Source: Acidobacteriota bacterium (GTDB lineage: Bacteria; Acidobacteriota; Terriglobia; Terriglobales; SCQP01). Taken from it: a stretch of DNA of 64,000 nucleotides. The position numbers were made by a program, and so were the translations under genes. The notes under the pieces are model-generated. The model saw nothing but the letters and a program-made list of their open reading frames with translations, ran no database searches and was not told the DNA's origin. Below, piece by piece: positions 8,773 to 16,859 of this stretch. The stretch covers positions 41,583-105,582 of the forward strand of contig DAIDIF010000216.1 in NCBI GenBank assembly GCA_027451805.1. Reading direction: 5' to 3'. Numbering within the stretch: position 1 is the first letter of the stretch; every line of letters starts with the position of its first letter.

Positions 8773-9837
8773 ATGAGGATCGCGCTGGTCGTGCCGCCGT
8801 TCATCGCGGTGCCGCCAAAGCACTATGGCGGCACGGAGCTATTTGTGGCGGAGTTGGCGGAGGGGCTGCGCGCCGAGGGCCACCACCCCGTGGTGTATAC
8901 CGTTGGCGAGTCCACGGTGGATTGCGAAATCCGCTGGCGCCGGCCGCGCGGCGTCTGGCCCATCGAGTCGGCGCTGGAGAGCAGCCTCGAGGATCTCGAT
9001 CACGCCAGTTGGGCCTGCAAGGACGCCGCCGCCGATTGCGACATCCTCCATCTCAACAATGCGCCCGGCCTCACCTTTTCGCGCTTCGTGGCCACGCCCA
9101 TGGTGTACACCCTCCACCATCCACGTGAACACAGCCTGAGCAGCTATTACGCTGGGTTTCCCGAGGTCCACTTTGCCGCCATCAGCCACAGCCAGGCGCG
9201 CGCCGAGCGCCGCGCCGGCGCCGTCGTGATTCACCACGGCTTGCGGCTGGACCGGTATCGCGTCGCCGAAGGGCGCCGGGACTACCTCTGCTTCGTCGGC
9301 CGGATCGCGCCCATCAAAGGTCCACACACCGCCATCGAGGTGGCCCGGCTCGCTGGCCTGCCGCTCAAGATCGCGGGCGAAATCCAGCCCCAATTCCGCC
9401 CGTACTGGGAGCGCGAAGTTCGGCCGTATCTCGGCGGCGATATCGAGTACGTCGGCGAAGTCGACCTGCAGGCGAAAAACGATCTGTTCGCCGGCGCGCG
9501 CGCGCTGCTGTTTCCGATCGGTTGGGAAGAGCCCTTCGGGCTGGTGATGATCGAGGCCATGGCCTGCGGCGTGCCCGTGCTCGCCTTCGACCGCGGGTCG
9601 GTGCCGGAAGTGGTGGCCAACGGGGTTTCCGGCTGGCTGTGCGCGGATGCGGCGGAGATGGCCCGCCGCGCCCGCGCGCCGGAGATCACGACCGCCGCCT
9701 GCCGCGCCTACGCCGAGCGCCGTTTCAATTCCCGCCGCATGGTGGAGCGTTACCTGAGCCTCTACCGGCGCGCGGCCGAAGCCTCCTTGCTTTGGACCAA
9801 GCCCAAGCGGACCGGCGGCTTACAACTCGCATCCTAA
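8773..9837 (+). CDS. glycosyltransferase family 4 (GT-B fold)
   Basis: ORF-track frame 8380..9837 trimmed to ATG 8773. Begins MRIALVVPPFIAVPPKHYGGTELFVAELAEGLRAEGH. C-terminal GT1/GT4 motif reads FPIGWEEPFGLVMIEAMACGVPVLAFDRGSVPEVV. Confidence 0.8.
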   Translation: MRIALVVPPFIAVPPKHYGGTELFVAELAEGLRAEGHHPVVYTVGESTVDCEIRWRRPRGVWPIESALESSLEDLDHASWACKDAAADCDILHLNNAPGLTFSRFVATPMVYTLHHPREHSLSSYYAGFPEVHFAAISHSQARAERRAGAVVIHHGLRLDRYRVAEGRRDYLCFVGRIAPIKGPHTAIEVARLAGLPLKIAGEIQPQFRPYWEREVRPYLGGDIEYVGEVDLQAKNDLFAGARALLFPIGWEEPFGLVMIEAMACGVPVLAFDRGSVPEVVANGVSGWLCADAAEMARRARAPEITTAACRAYAERRFNSRRMVERYLSLYRRAAEASLLWTKPKRTGGLQLAS

Positions 9838-9844
9838 CCCGTGG

Positions 9845-12163
9845 ATGGCGCCAGGCCTGAAACCCGACTGGAGTGAGCTGGAAGTAGCCGCCTCCACCCC
9901 CGAGCAACCGCGAGAAGCGCGCGGCGGCGAACCCCGTCGCATCAACAACCTCACCCTCATTGACGGCAAGACGTTCCTCGCCACCATCATTGCCGGCGAC
10001 ATCACGCCCGCCGGATCCACCGACGTCGGCCTCTTCCACCACGACACCCGCTTCCTCAGCTACTGGGAACTGCTGGTCAACGGCCATCGCGCCGTAGTGC
10101 TTTCGGCTGCCAGCCATCAGAACATGGTGGCGCAGATCGAGCTCACACCCGCCAACCGCATGGTGCGCGACAATCTCGACCTGCCCGACAACACCATCCA
10201 CATCCACCGCGAGCAATTGCTTGCCGGCCGCTTCTTCGACCGCCTCAGTTTCCGCAACTTCAGCCTCGAACCGGTCACGCTGGCGATCGAACTGCGTTTC
10301 GCCGCCGATTTCATGGACGTTTTCCAGGTCCGCGGCATGCTCCGCAGCGCCTCCGGCACCTACTTCGAGCCCGTCTGCCACGGTGCGCAGGTGGTGTTGA
10401 GCTATCTCGGCCGCGACGATCTCTTCCGCCAGACGCGGCTCGAGTTCGATCCGCCGCCGCGCGAGTTGGAGCCGCACCGCGCCCGCTTCGAGCTCCGCCT
10501 TGCGCCCGGGGAACGTCAGACGTTGGCGGCCACCGTGAGGCCACAGGTGGGTTCGGGCGATCCGGCGGCGGGCAGCGGATCCGCCGGCGCCGATGTGACG
10601 GGCGTCGGCGATGAGCGCTACGCGGCTTGCCTCGCCCGCCGCCGCGCCAGCTACGCCGAATGGGAGCAGGCGACCACCGAGTTCGAGTGTTCCGACGACG
10701 CCTTCCGACGGTGCCTGCAGACCGCGACCAGCGATTTCTTCTCGCTGCGCGTGCCCTTTGTGCGTGATGGCGGGGATGGCGCCAAGGCCTGTGGCCTCCT
10801 GCCCGCGGGCTCGGGTGAGATTGTCGCCGCCGGCATCCCCTGGTTCGCCACCATCTTCGGCCGCGATTCGCTCATCGCCGGCTACCAGACCCTCATGCTG
10901 CACCCCCACCTGGCCAAGGAGACGCTGCGTTTCCTCGCCCGCCACCAAGGCACACAACGCGACGACTGGCGCGACGAGGAGCCCGGCAAAATCCTCCACG
11001 AGCTGCGCGACGGCGAAATGACCCGCGCCGGCGAAATGCCTCACTCGCCCTATTACGGCTCGGTGGATGCCACCCCGCTCTTTCTCATCGCCCTGGATGA
11101 GACCTACAACTGGACCGGCGACGACGCCCTGCTGCAGGAGCTCATGCCCGCGGCGCGCCGCGCCATGTCCTGGATCGAAGAGTGCGGCGACGTGGATCAC
11201 GACGGCTTCGTCGAGTCGGTGCGCCGCTCGCCCCAGGGGCTCGCCAACCAGGGCTGGAAGGACTCCTGGGACGCCTACCTCCGCGCTGACGGCTCGCTGC
11301 CGGAGCCGCCGCTCGCCTTATGCGAGGTGCAGGGCTACTGCTACGACGCCCGGTACCGCCTGGCGCGCCTGCTGCGCATCGTGGGCGACACCGCCGGCGC
11401 CGACCGCCTTCGCCGCCAGGCCACCGAGCTCGCGCACCGCTTCGAGCGCGGCTTTTGGCTGAGCGAACTGGGTGCCTACGCCGCCGCGCTCGACGCCCGC
11501 AAGCAGCCCCAGCGCTCCCTCGCCTCCAACGCCGGCCACCTGCTCTGGAGCCGCATCATCGGCCGCGAGCGCGCCCGCCAGGTGACCCGCCGCCTCATGC
11601 GCGACGACCTGTTCAGCGGCTGGGGCGTGCGCACCCTGGCCGCCTCCGAGCCCACCTTCAATCCGCTCAGCTATCACCGCGGTTCGGTGTGGCCGCACGA
11701 CAATTCGCTCATCGCCCAGGGCTTCGCCTTTTACGATTTCAAGCAGCCGCTGCTGCGCCTGCTCACCGGCCTTTTTCAGGCCGCGAGCTACTTCCGCGAT
11801 CGCCGCCTGCCCGAGCTCTTCGTCGGCGTGCAGCGCGGCGAGTTCGATCAGCCGGTGAACTACCCGGTTTCCTGCTCGCCCCAGGCTTGGGCCTCGGGCG
11901 CCTGGTTCCTGCTGCTTACCGCCGCCCTCGGCTTGCGCCCCAACGCCGGGCGCCGCGAGTTGCGTATCGTCAACCCCACCCTGCCGGAATGGCTCTCCTG
12001 GCTGCGCCTGCATCGCCTCCGCATCGGTGCGTCGCAAGTCTCGCTGGAGTTCAGCCGCCGCGGGCAGCGTACCTTCTGCAATGTGCTCGACGCCCAGGGC
12101 GAGCGCCTGGCCGTTTCGGTCGATTTCACCTCGCCGCGCGGGGCGGCGGGCGCGCTGGGCTAG
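9845..12163 (+). CDS. amylo-alpha-1,6-glucosidase family protein (bacterial glycogen-debranching-enzyme-like N-domain plus GDE_C (alpha/alpha)6 domain)
   Basis: 772 aa. Contains GIPWFATIFGRDSLI, EPGKILHELR, SVDATPLF, QGWKDSWD and LCEVQGY.Y blocks, and a C-terminal CSPQAWASGA, all typical of GDE_C-type enzymes. Starts 7 nt after the GT4 gene. Confidence 0.75.
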   Translation: MAPGLKPDWSELEVAASTPEQPREARGGEPRRINNLTLIDGKTFLATIIAGDITPAGSTDVGLFHHDTRFLSYWELLVNGHRAVVLSAASHQNMVAQIELTPANRMVRDNLDLPDNTIHIHREQLLAGRFFDRLSFRNFSLEPVTLAIELRFAADFMDVFQVRGMLRSASGTYFEPVCHGAQVVLSYLGRDDLFRQTRLEFDPPPRELEPHRARFELRLAPGERQTLAATVRPQVGSGDPAAGSGSAGADVTGVGDERYAACLARRRASYAEWEQATTEFECSDDAFRRCLQTATSDFFSLRVPFVRDGGDGAKACGLLPAGSGEIVAAGIPWFATIFGRDSLIAGYQTLMLHPHLAKETLRFLARHQGTQRDDWRDEEPGKILHELRDGEMTRAGEMPHSPYYGSVDATPLFLIALDETYNWTGDDALLQELMPAARRAMSWIEECGDVDHDGFVESVRRSPQGLANQGWKDSWDAYLRADGSLPEPPLALCEVQGYCYDARYRLARLLRIVGDTAGADRLRRQATELAHRFERGFWLSELGAYAAALDARKQPQRSLASNAGHLLWSRIIGRERARQVTRRLMRDDLFSGWGVRTLAASEPTFNPLSYHRGSVWPHDNSLIAQGFAFYDFKQPLLRLLTGLFQAASYFRDRRLPELFVGVQRGEFDQPVNYPVSCSPQAWASGAWFLLLTAALGLRPNAGRRELRIVNPTLPEWLSWLRLHRLRIGASQVSLEFSRRGQRTFCNVLDAQGERLAVSVDFTSPRGAAGALG

Positions 12164-12184
12164 ACCGGGCTGCTGGCAGCGGTT

Positions 12185-13171
12185 CTAGTGAATCCTGACA
12201 TCGCCGCTGGCCGCCACCGCCGCCAACTCCGCCGTCGGCGGCGTTCCCGGCGGCCCGATCACGCCTTCCCAGGTGTGGTGTCCCCAGCTCGATTGCCGCT
12301 GCGTGGGGTGGTCCACCGAGATTCCGCCCGAGGCCGTCTGGATCCGCACCCGCGCACGGGTGGATTGCGGCAGGGAGATGGTGATGTCGCCGGAGGCGGT
12401 GGAGAACCGCCAATGATGCTCGCCCGCCAGCGTGCCCTGCACGCGGATGTCGCCGCTGGCGGCGCGCGCAGTCAAATCGCCTTGCACCGAGTCCAATTCC
12501 ATGCCGCCGCTGGCGGTGTGCAGGTCGCCCCCGGCGTCCAGGCGCTCGACCCGGATGTGTCCGCTTCCGCTGGTCGCGCTCAGCGGTCCCACCACTTCGT
12601 TGCCGCTGATGCTGCCGCTGCCGGTCGAAAGCCGCGCCTCGCCGCCCACTTTGTCAAACCGAATGCCGCCGCTGCCCGTCTGCGCGCGCAGGCTGCCGCC
12701 GATCTCGGCCACCTCCAACCGGCCCGACCCAGCGCCCAACTCTACGTTGCGCTGCAGCCCCTCCACGGTGATCCGGCCCGAGCCGGAATGGGCTACCAGC
12801 GCCGTCGCCGCCGGGGTCGTGATCACGTAGGAAACCGAGAGATGGTTGGCCCATCCGCGCGGGCTGTGGATGACGATCGTGTTGCCCACCTGCGTGATCG
12901 GCGGGTGGTCCTCCAGCCGCCGCACCGCATCCGGGCTCGCGCCGCCGAAGAAAAACCCGCTGTCATCGTTGCGAATGGTGGCGTCCACCGAGACGCTATT
13001 GCCCGGCGCCGCGCTCACCCGGATCGAACCCGAACCGGTCGCCACCCGCAACTGCACCGGCCCGCTTACGGTGTAGCTGCGATGAAAGCTGCCCACCTGA
13101 TCGGCCCGTGCCCCCACCGCCACCGCCGCCAGGCACGCCACCCATCCCAAGACGCGTATCTTCATAGGCAA
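12185..13171 (-). CDS. DUF4097-like beta-strand repeat protein (putative secreted adhesin-like)
   Basis: 328 aa. Signal peptide MPMKIRVLGWVACLAAVAVGARA. Repeated TGSGSIRV / GSGRITV / GSGGIRF / GSGSISG / GSGHIRV / ASGDIRV strands. Confidence 0.6.
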   Translation of the reverse strand: MPMKIRVLGWVACLAAVAVGARADQVGSFHRSYTVSGPVQLRVATGSGSIRVSAAPGNSVSVDATIRNDDSGFFFGGASPDAVRRLEDHPPITQVGNTIVIHSPRGWANHLSVSYVITTPAATALVAHSGSGRITVEGLQRNVELGAGSGRLEVAEIGGSLRAQTGSGGIRFDKVGGEARLSTGSGSISGNEVVGPLSATSGSGHIRVERLDAGGDLHTASGGMELDSVQGDLTARAASGDIRVQGTLAGEHHWRFSTASGDITISLPQSTRARVRIQTASGGISVDHPTQRQSSWGHHTWEGVIGPPGTPPTAELAAVAASGDVRIH

Positions 13172-13217
13172 TTCCTACGCGGAACCGCAGCCTCAAGTTC
13201 CCGCCCTTGCCAATACC

Positions 13218-14102
13218 TTAGTCGGCCGCCAAGGTTACGTCCCCGCCGGGTAGCGCCGCCCATCGTTCCAGCAGCGTCAGCGTAGCGGCGTAGTCGAGCT
13301 CGCCCAACCCTTCCTCCTCCGCCACTGCATACACCTCTTCCACCGTCTCCAGCGCCGGCAGCTTCACCCGCATCTCGCGCGCATGGTCCAGCATCAGGCG
13401 GATGTCCTTCAGCATCAACCGCAGCGGGAAGTTGGGAGTGAAGTCGCGCCGCTCGATGAAGGGCGCTTTGTAATCCGTCACCCCCGACCGCAACATCGTG
13501 CTGGCGATGATCTCCAGCATCTGCTCCACCGCCACGCCGGACTTTTCCGCCAGCACCAGCCCCTCGATAAAGCCTTGATAAATCAAGGCGATGTTCAAGT
13601 TCATGGCGAGCTTGGCCGCAAGGCCCATGCCGTTCTCGCCGAGGTGGAACACGCGCTTGCCCATGGCTTGGAACAGAGGCTGGAGCGCGTCCACCGCCTC
13701 CTGCTCGCCGCCCACGATAAAGACCAGCTCGCCGGCTTCGGCCCCCTGCCGTGAACCCGTCACCGGGCAGTCCACCCAGGCCGCCCCCCGTTCGGCAAAC
13801 CGCGCCGCCAGTTCGCGGCTCGCCCGCGGTGAGATCGTACTCGAGTCGGCTACGATCAGCCCCGGCCGCACCCCCTCCAGCATCTCTTCGGCCACCGCTT
13901 CCACCGCCGCCGTGTCGCTCAGACACAGCCACACCACCTGCGCGCCCTGCGCTCCCGCCGCCGGCGAGTCCGCCCAGGTGGCGCCCGGCACCCCGGCCTT
14001 GGCGCGGGTGCGGTTCCACACGCGGACGTGATGTCCGGCGCGGGCCAAGTTCGCCGCCATCGGCGCGCCCATAATCCCGGTTCCGAGAAAGGTAATTTCC
14101 AT
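13218..14102 (-). CDS. NAD(P)-dependent oxidoreductase, beta-hydroxyacid (3-hydroxyisobutyrate) dehydrogenase family
   Basis: ORF-track 13218..14699 trimmed to the in-frame ATG at 14102. Begins MEITFLGTGIMGAPMAANLARAGHHV (Rossmann motif), then VDCPVTGSRQGAEAGELVFIVGG and GMGLAAKLAMNL. The upstream 199 codons are Arg/Gly/Ala-rich and not protein-like. Confidence 0.85.
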   Translation of the reverse strand: MEITFLGTGIMGAPMAANLARAGHHVRVWNRTRAKAGVPGATWADSPAAGAQGAQVVWLCLSDTAAVEAVAEEMLEGVRPGLIVADSSTISPRASRELAARFAERGAAWVDCPVTGSRQGAEAGELVFIVGGEQEAVDALQPLFQAMGKRVFHLGENGMGLAAKLAMNLNIALIYQGFIEGLVLAEKSGVAVEQMLEIIASTMLRSGVTDYKAPFIERRDFTPNFPLRLMLKDIRLMLDHAREMRVKLPALETVEEVYAVAEEEGLGELDYAATLTLLERWAALPGGDVTLAAD

Positions 14103-14168
14103 AGACAGTCGTGTCCCTCTGTTCACTTTACTATCCGGTGGGCGCGTTTCCGGTGAAAATTCCGCATA

Positions 14169-14801
14169 ATGGAAAGGTTGCTCGCCACCCTCACGCTGCA
14201 CATCATCACCATCATTTCCGCCATGGGCTACGGCGGCGTGCTGCTGCTCATGGCGATCGAGTCTGCCTGCATTCCGCTCCCCTCCGAGATCATCCTTCCG
14301 TTTTCCGGCTTTCTCGTTGCCAGCGGGCGATTCGAGCTGCTTCCGCTCACCGTCGTCGGCGCCCTGGGCTGCAACGTGGGCTCGATGGCGGCCTATGCCG
14401 TCGGCTACTACGGCGGGCGTCCGCTCGCCCTGCGCTATGGCCGCTGGATCGGCCTCGCCCCCGCCGATCTTGCCCGAACTGAGGAGTTCTTCCGCCGCCG
14501 TGGCGATGCTGCGGTCTTCATCAGCCGCATGTTGCCGGTGGTGCGCACCTATATCGCCCTCCCTGCCGGCATCGGACGCATGCGCCTCGTCCGCTTCCAC
14601 GTTTATACGTTCGCCGGTTCGCTGCCCTGGTGCTTCGCCCTCGCCTATGTTGGCTACCGCCTCGGCGCCAATTGGGCAGCCCTCGGGCCTTATTTCCACC
14701 GCTTCGATCTGGTCTGGGCGCCACTACTGCTGGCAGTCGTGGTGGTGGCAATTTGGCACCACGTTAAGAGAATCCGAGAATCGGGAGTAAAAAGGCAATA
14801 A
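14169..14801 (+). CDS. DedA family inner-membrane protein
   Basis: 210 aa. YGGVLLLMAIESACIPLPSEIILPFSGFL, then FISRMLPVVRTYIALPAGIGRMRL, which is the DedA/SNARE-associated domain pattern. Confidence 0.85.
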   Translation: MERLLATLTLHIITIISAMGYGGVLLLMAIESACIPLPSEIILPFSGFLVASGRFELLPLTVVGALGCNVGSMAAYAVGYYGGRPLALRYGRWIGLAPADLARTEEFFRRRGDAAVFISRMLPVVRTYIALPAGIGRMRLVRFHVYTFAGSLPWCFALAYVGYRLGANWAALGPYFHRFDLVWAPLLLAVVVVAIWHHVKRIRESGVKRQ

Positions 14802-14849
14802 ATACACTAATGACTTGCGGTCAATTTTATGGCTGCTCCTGCGCCGTCG

Positions 14850-14876
14850 CCGACAAACAGGTAAGCCGTGTATAAT
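14850..14876 (+). promoter_or_regulatory. candidate sigma-70-type promoter (TG-TATAAT, weak -35 CCGACA)
   Basis: A perfect TATAAT at 14871-14876 is directly preceded by TG (14869-70). CCGACA lies at 14850-55, giving a short 15-nt spacer. Such AT hexamers stand out in this GC-rich DNA. Confidence 0.35.
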
Positions 14877-14882
14877 CAGCGA

Positions 14883-15018
14883 CGACTTGTGGTGGCAATG
14901 TTTGGACCAGGGCGTGCTCAGTAATCCGGCGAGACGCCTTGATTTTGCAGTCCTGAAATCAGGGACAGAAAGAAAGCCGACTTTTCCGGGGGGAAGCGAG
15001 TCGGCTTTCTTTTTTTTT
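14883..15018 (+). ncRNA. candidate small RNA or 5' leader (three hairpins, the last being an intrinsic terminator)
   Basis: In the 272-nt gap between dedA and the next CDS. Hairpin 1 pairs 14908-15 with 14934-41 (8 bp). Hairpin 2 spans 14950-66. The terminator stem is 14971-15010, followed by a U-run. The 5' end is inferred from the promoter only. No known RNA family was recognised by eye. Confidence 0.4.
14971..15018 (+). terminator. rho-independent terminator
   Basis: 12-bp perfect stem agaaagccgact / agtcggctttct. An inner ttcc/ggaa extension closes a gggg loop. The stem is followed by a run of 9 T (15010-15018). Confidence 0.85.
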
Positions 15019-15073
15019 GCCTCAGGGAATTGCCCCGAGCCATTCCGCCGTCGCCCGCATCGAAAATAGCAGT

Positions 15074-15670
15074 ATGCGTGTCGGCCTCGTAGCGGCTTTG
15101 TTCTCCGTTCTCGGCTTGCCGTTTGCCGCCCAGCAGGCAGGCCCGGCTGCGGCGGCAGCGCTGGCACCGCAGCCGGGCGTGACCGTCGCCGCGAGGCTTC
15201 GCAGCTCGCTCGCGGCTCTGGGTGAAGCCATGGCGGAGCTCGACCCCGATCAGCTTCACGTCCCCGACGCCGAAAAGCGTGCCCTGGCCGACAGCCAGAC
15301 CTCCATCCGCCGCAACCTGCGGGATGCCGTCCCCGGGCTGCTGGCCGGCTTTGCCGCCGCCCCCGACAATGTGGGCGCCGCTTTCCGCCTCTATCGCGAC
15401 GTCAACGCCGTGCTTACCGTCGCCCAGCGCAGCGCCGAGATGCTGCCGCGCCGGGACGCGGACGCGGCCCAGCCGGTCGAGTCCACGGCGGATGCCCTCA
15501 GCCGCGACCTCGACCAACTGGGCAATATGATCGAAGCTCGCGGCGAAGCCGACTATGCCCGCCGGCGCCCACTTGGGGCGCGCCCCCCCGGCCCCGCGCT
15601 CGCGCCCAAGACCCTGGTTATCGGCGACGCCAACGGGGCCAAGCCCACCGCCAAGAAGATCCCGCACTGA
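15074..15670 (+). CDS. hypothetical secreted (signal-peptide) helical protein
   Basis: ORF-track 15017..15670 trimmed to ATG 15074. Begins MRVGLVAALFSVLGLPFAAQQAG. The rest is Ala/Leu/Asp/Arg-rich with high GC3. No family recognised. Confidence 0.55.
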   Translation: MRVGLVAALFSVLGLPFAAQQAGPAAAAALAPQPGVTVAARLRSSLAALGEAMAELDPDQLHVPDAEKRALADSQTSIRRNLRDAVPGLLAGFAAAPDNVGAAFRLYRDVNAVLTVAQRSAEMLPRRDADAAQPVESTADALSRDLDQLGNMIEARGEADYARRRPLGARPPGPALAPKTLVIGDANGAKPTAKKIPH

Positions 15671-15692
15671 ACCTGCAGGGGCGCTGTCGCCG

Positions 15693-15821
15693 TCCCGGGG
15701 CGATCCGATGGAACGCGTTCCTGCGCTCCCAGCGGTAGACCGCAAAATCGCGGTCGAAGGTGAGGATTGGCGTGCAGCCGAGCGTGGTCGCCCGCGTTAC
15801 AATCTCAGCAGGGATGACCTC
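15693..15821 (-). pseudogene. relic of the C-terminal end of a PIN-domain (VapC-like) toxin gene
   Basis: Within ORF 15618..15923(-), the segment EVIPAEIVTRATTLGCTPILTFDRDFAVYRWERRNAFHRIAPG matches VapC C-termini (..A..lG...i.T.DR.DF.vYR......F.i.P). The N-terminal two-thirds of a PIN domain would lie inside the intact ispH gene on the other strand. Confidence 0.45.
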
Positions 15822-16851
15822 ACCCAAAACCATCCTGATCCTCAAGCCGCGTGGCTTCTGCGCCGGCGTGGTGCGCGCCGTGGACGCGGTCGAGTCGGCG
15901 CTGCGCAAGTTCGGTCCGCCCATCTACGTTCTCAAGGAGATCGTCCACAACCGGACGGTGATCTCCAGCCTGGAAGAACGCGGCGCCATCTTCGTGCCCG
16001 ATCTGGAACAGATTCCGCCCGGCGCGCGGGTCTTCTTCAGCGCCCACGGCGTGTCACCGCAGATGTGGATTGCGGCGCGGGCGCGCGGCCTGCAAGTGAT
16101 TGATGCTACCTGCCCGCTGGTGAGCAAGGTTCACACCGAGGCCCAGGAATACACCCTGCAGGGCTACAGCATCGTCATCATCGGCCATCGCCATCATGAC
16201 GAGATCATCGGACTGCTGGGCGAGGTCCCGGTCGGCACGCCCGTGGTGGAGACGCTGACCCAGGTGGATGAGCTTCAGGTGAAAGACCCCGCCCGTGTCG
16301 CCTACCTCACCCAGACCACGCTCAGCCTGGATGAGACCCGCGCCATCATCGAGCGCCTGCGCCAGCGCTTTCCGTTGGTGAAGGCGCCCAAGGCGCAGGA
16401 CATCTGCTACGCCACCCAGAACCGCCAGACCGCGCTGAAACGCGTCGCGCCGCGCGCCGATCTGGTGCTGGTGGTGGGCTCAGAAAACAGCTCCAACTCC
16501 CTGCGCTTGGTAGAGGTCGCGGCCAACGCCGGCGCGCCCGCCTACCGCATTGACGATGCCGATGCCATCGCCCCGTCCTGGCTCGAGGGCGTCGCCACCG
16601 TCGGTCTCACCGCCGGGGCTTCGGCGCCCGAGTCACTGGTGCAGGAGGAGGTCGCCGCGCTGGCCTCGCGCTTTGGCTTTGAGCGCATCGAGGAAGCCGA
16701 GGGGATTGACGAACACGTGCGTTTCATCCTGCCCGAAGCGGTGCTCGCGCCGCCCGGCGCCGGGGTGGACCAGCCGGGACACCCAGCCGGCGCGAGTCCA
16801 AGCGGGACGTGCCGCAACGCCGCGCCAAGTGCCGCGCCAGTCAACGGATAA
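15814..16851 (+). CDS. ispH: 4-hydroxy-3-methylbut-2-enyl diphosphate reductase (IspH/LytB)
   Basis: ORF-track 15760..16851 trimmed to ATG 15814. Contains ILILKPRGFCAGVVRAVD.., KEIVHN, FSAHGVSP, IDATCPLVSKVH, ICYATQNRQ and VVGSENSSNS, i.e. three conserved Cys and the IspH motifs. It has a roughly 35-aa Pro/Ala/Gly-rich C-terminal extension. Confidence 0.9.
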   Translation: MTSPKTILILKPRGFCAGVVRAVDAVESALRKFGPPIYVLKEIVHNRTVISSLEERGAIFVPDLEQIPPGARVFFSAHGVSPQMWIAARARGLQVIDATCPLVSKVHTEAQEYTLQGYSIVIIGHRHHDEIIGLLGEVPVGTPVVETLTQVDELQVKDPARVAYLTQTTLSLDETRAIIERLRQRFPLVKAPKAQDICYATQNRQTALKRVAPRADLVLVVGSENSSNSLRLVEVAANAGAPAYRIDDADAIAPSWLEGVATVGLTAGASAPESLVQEEVAALASRFGFERIEEAEGIDEHVRFILPEAVLAPPGAGVDQPGHPAGASPSGTCRNAAPSAAPVNG

Positions 16852-16859
16852 CTCCCATC

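Noticed and set aside
13218-14699. N-terminal extensions of the ORF-track entries 8380.., 13218..14699, 27443..28768, 33456.., 42527..44188, 53698..55674, 62817..63968, 15760.., 16809.., 18667.., 30257..30844, 52425..53714, 57171.. and 58285...
   Set aside because: The family-typical N-terminus or signal peptide begins at an internal in-frame start. The extensions are compositionally non-protein-like and/or overlap the neighbouring gene. I therefore trimmed the coordinates, and some starts remain uncertain by a few codons.
14815-15069. 84-aa ORF covering the candidate sRNA region.
   Set aside because: It reads through the terminator stem and poly-T (..SAFFFFAS..), has no SD and no protein-like composition. 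An RNA-level interpretation is preferred.
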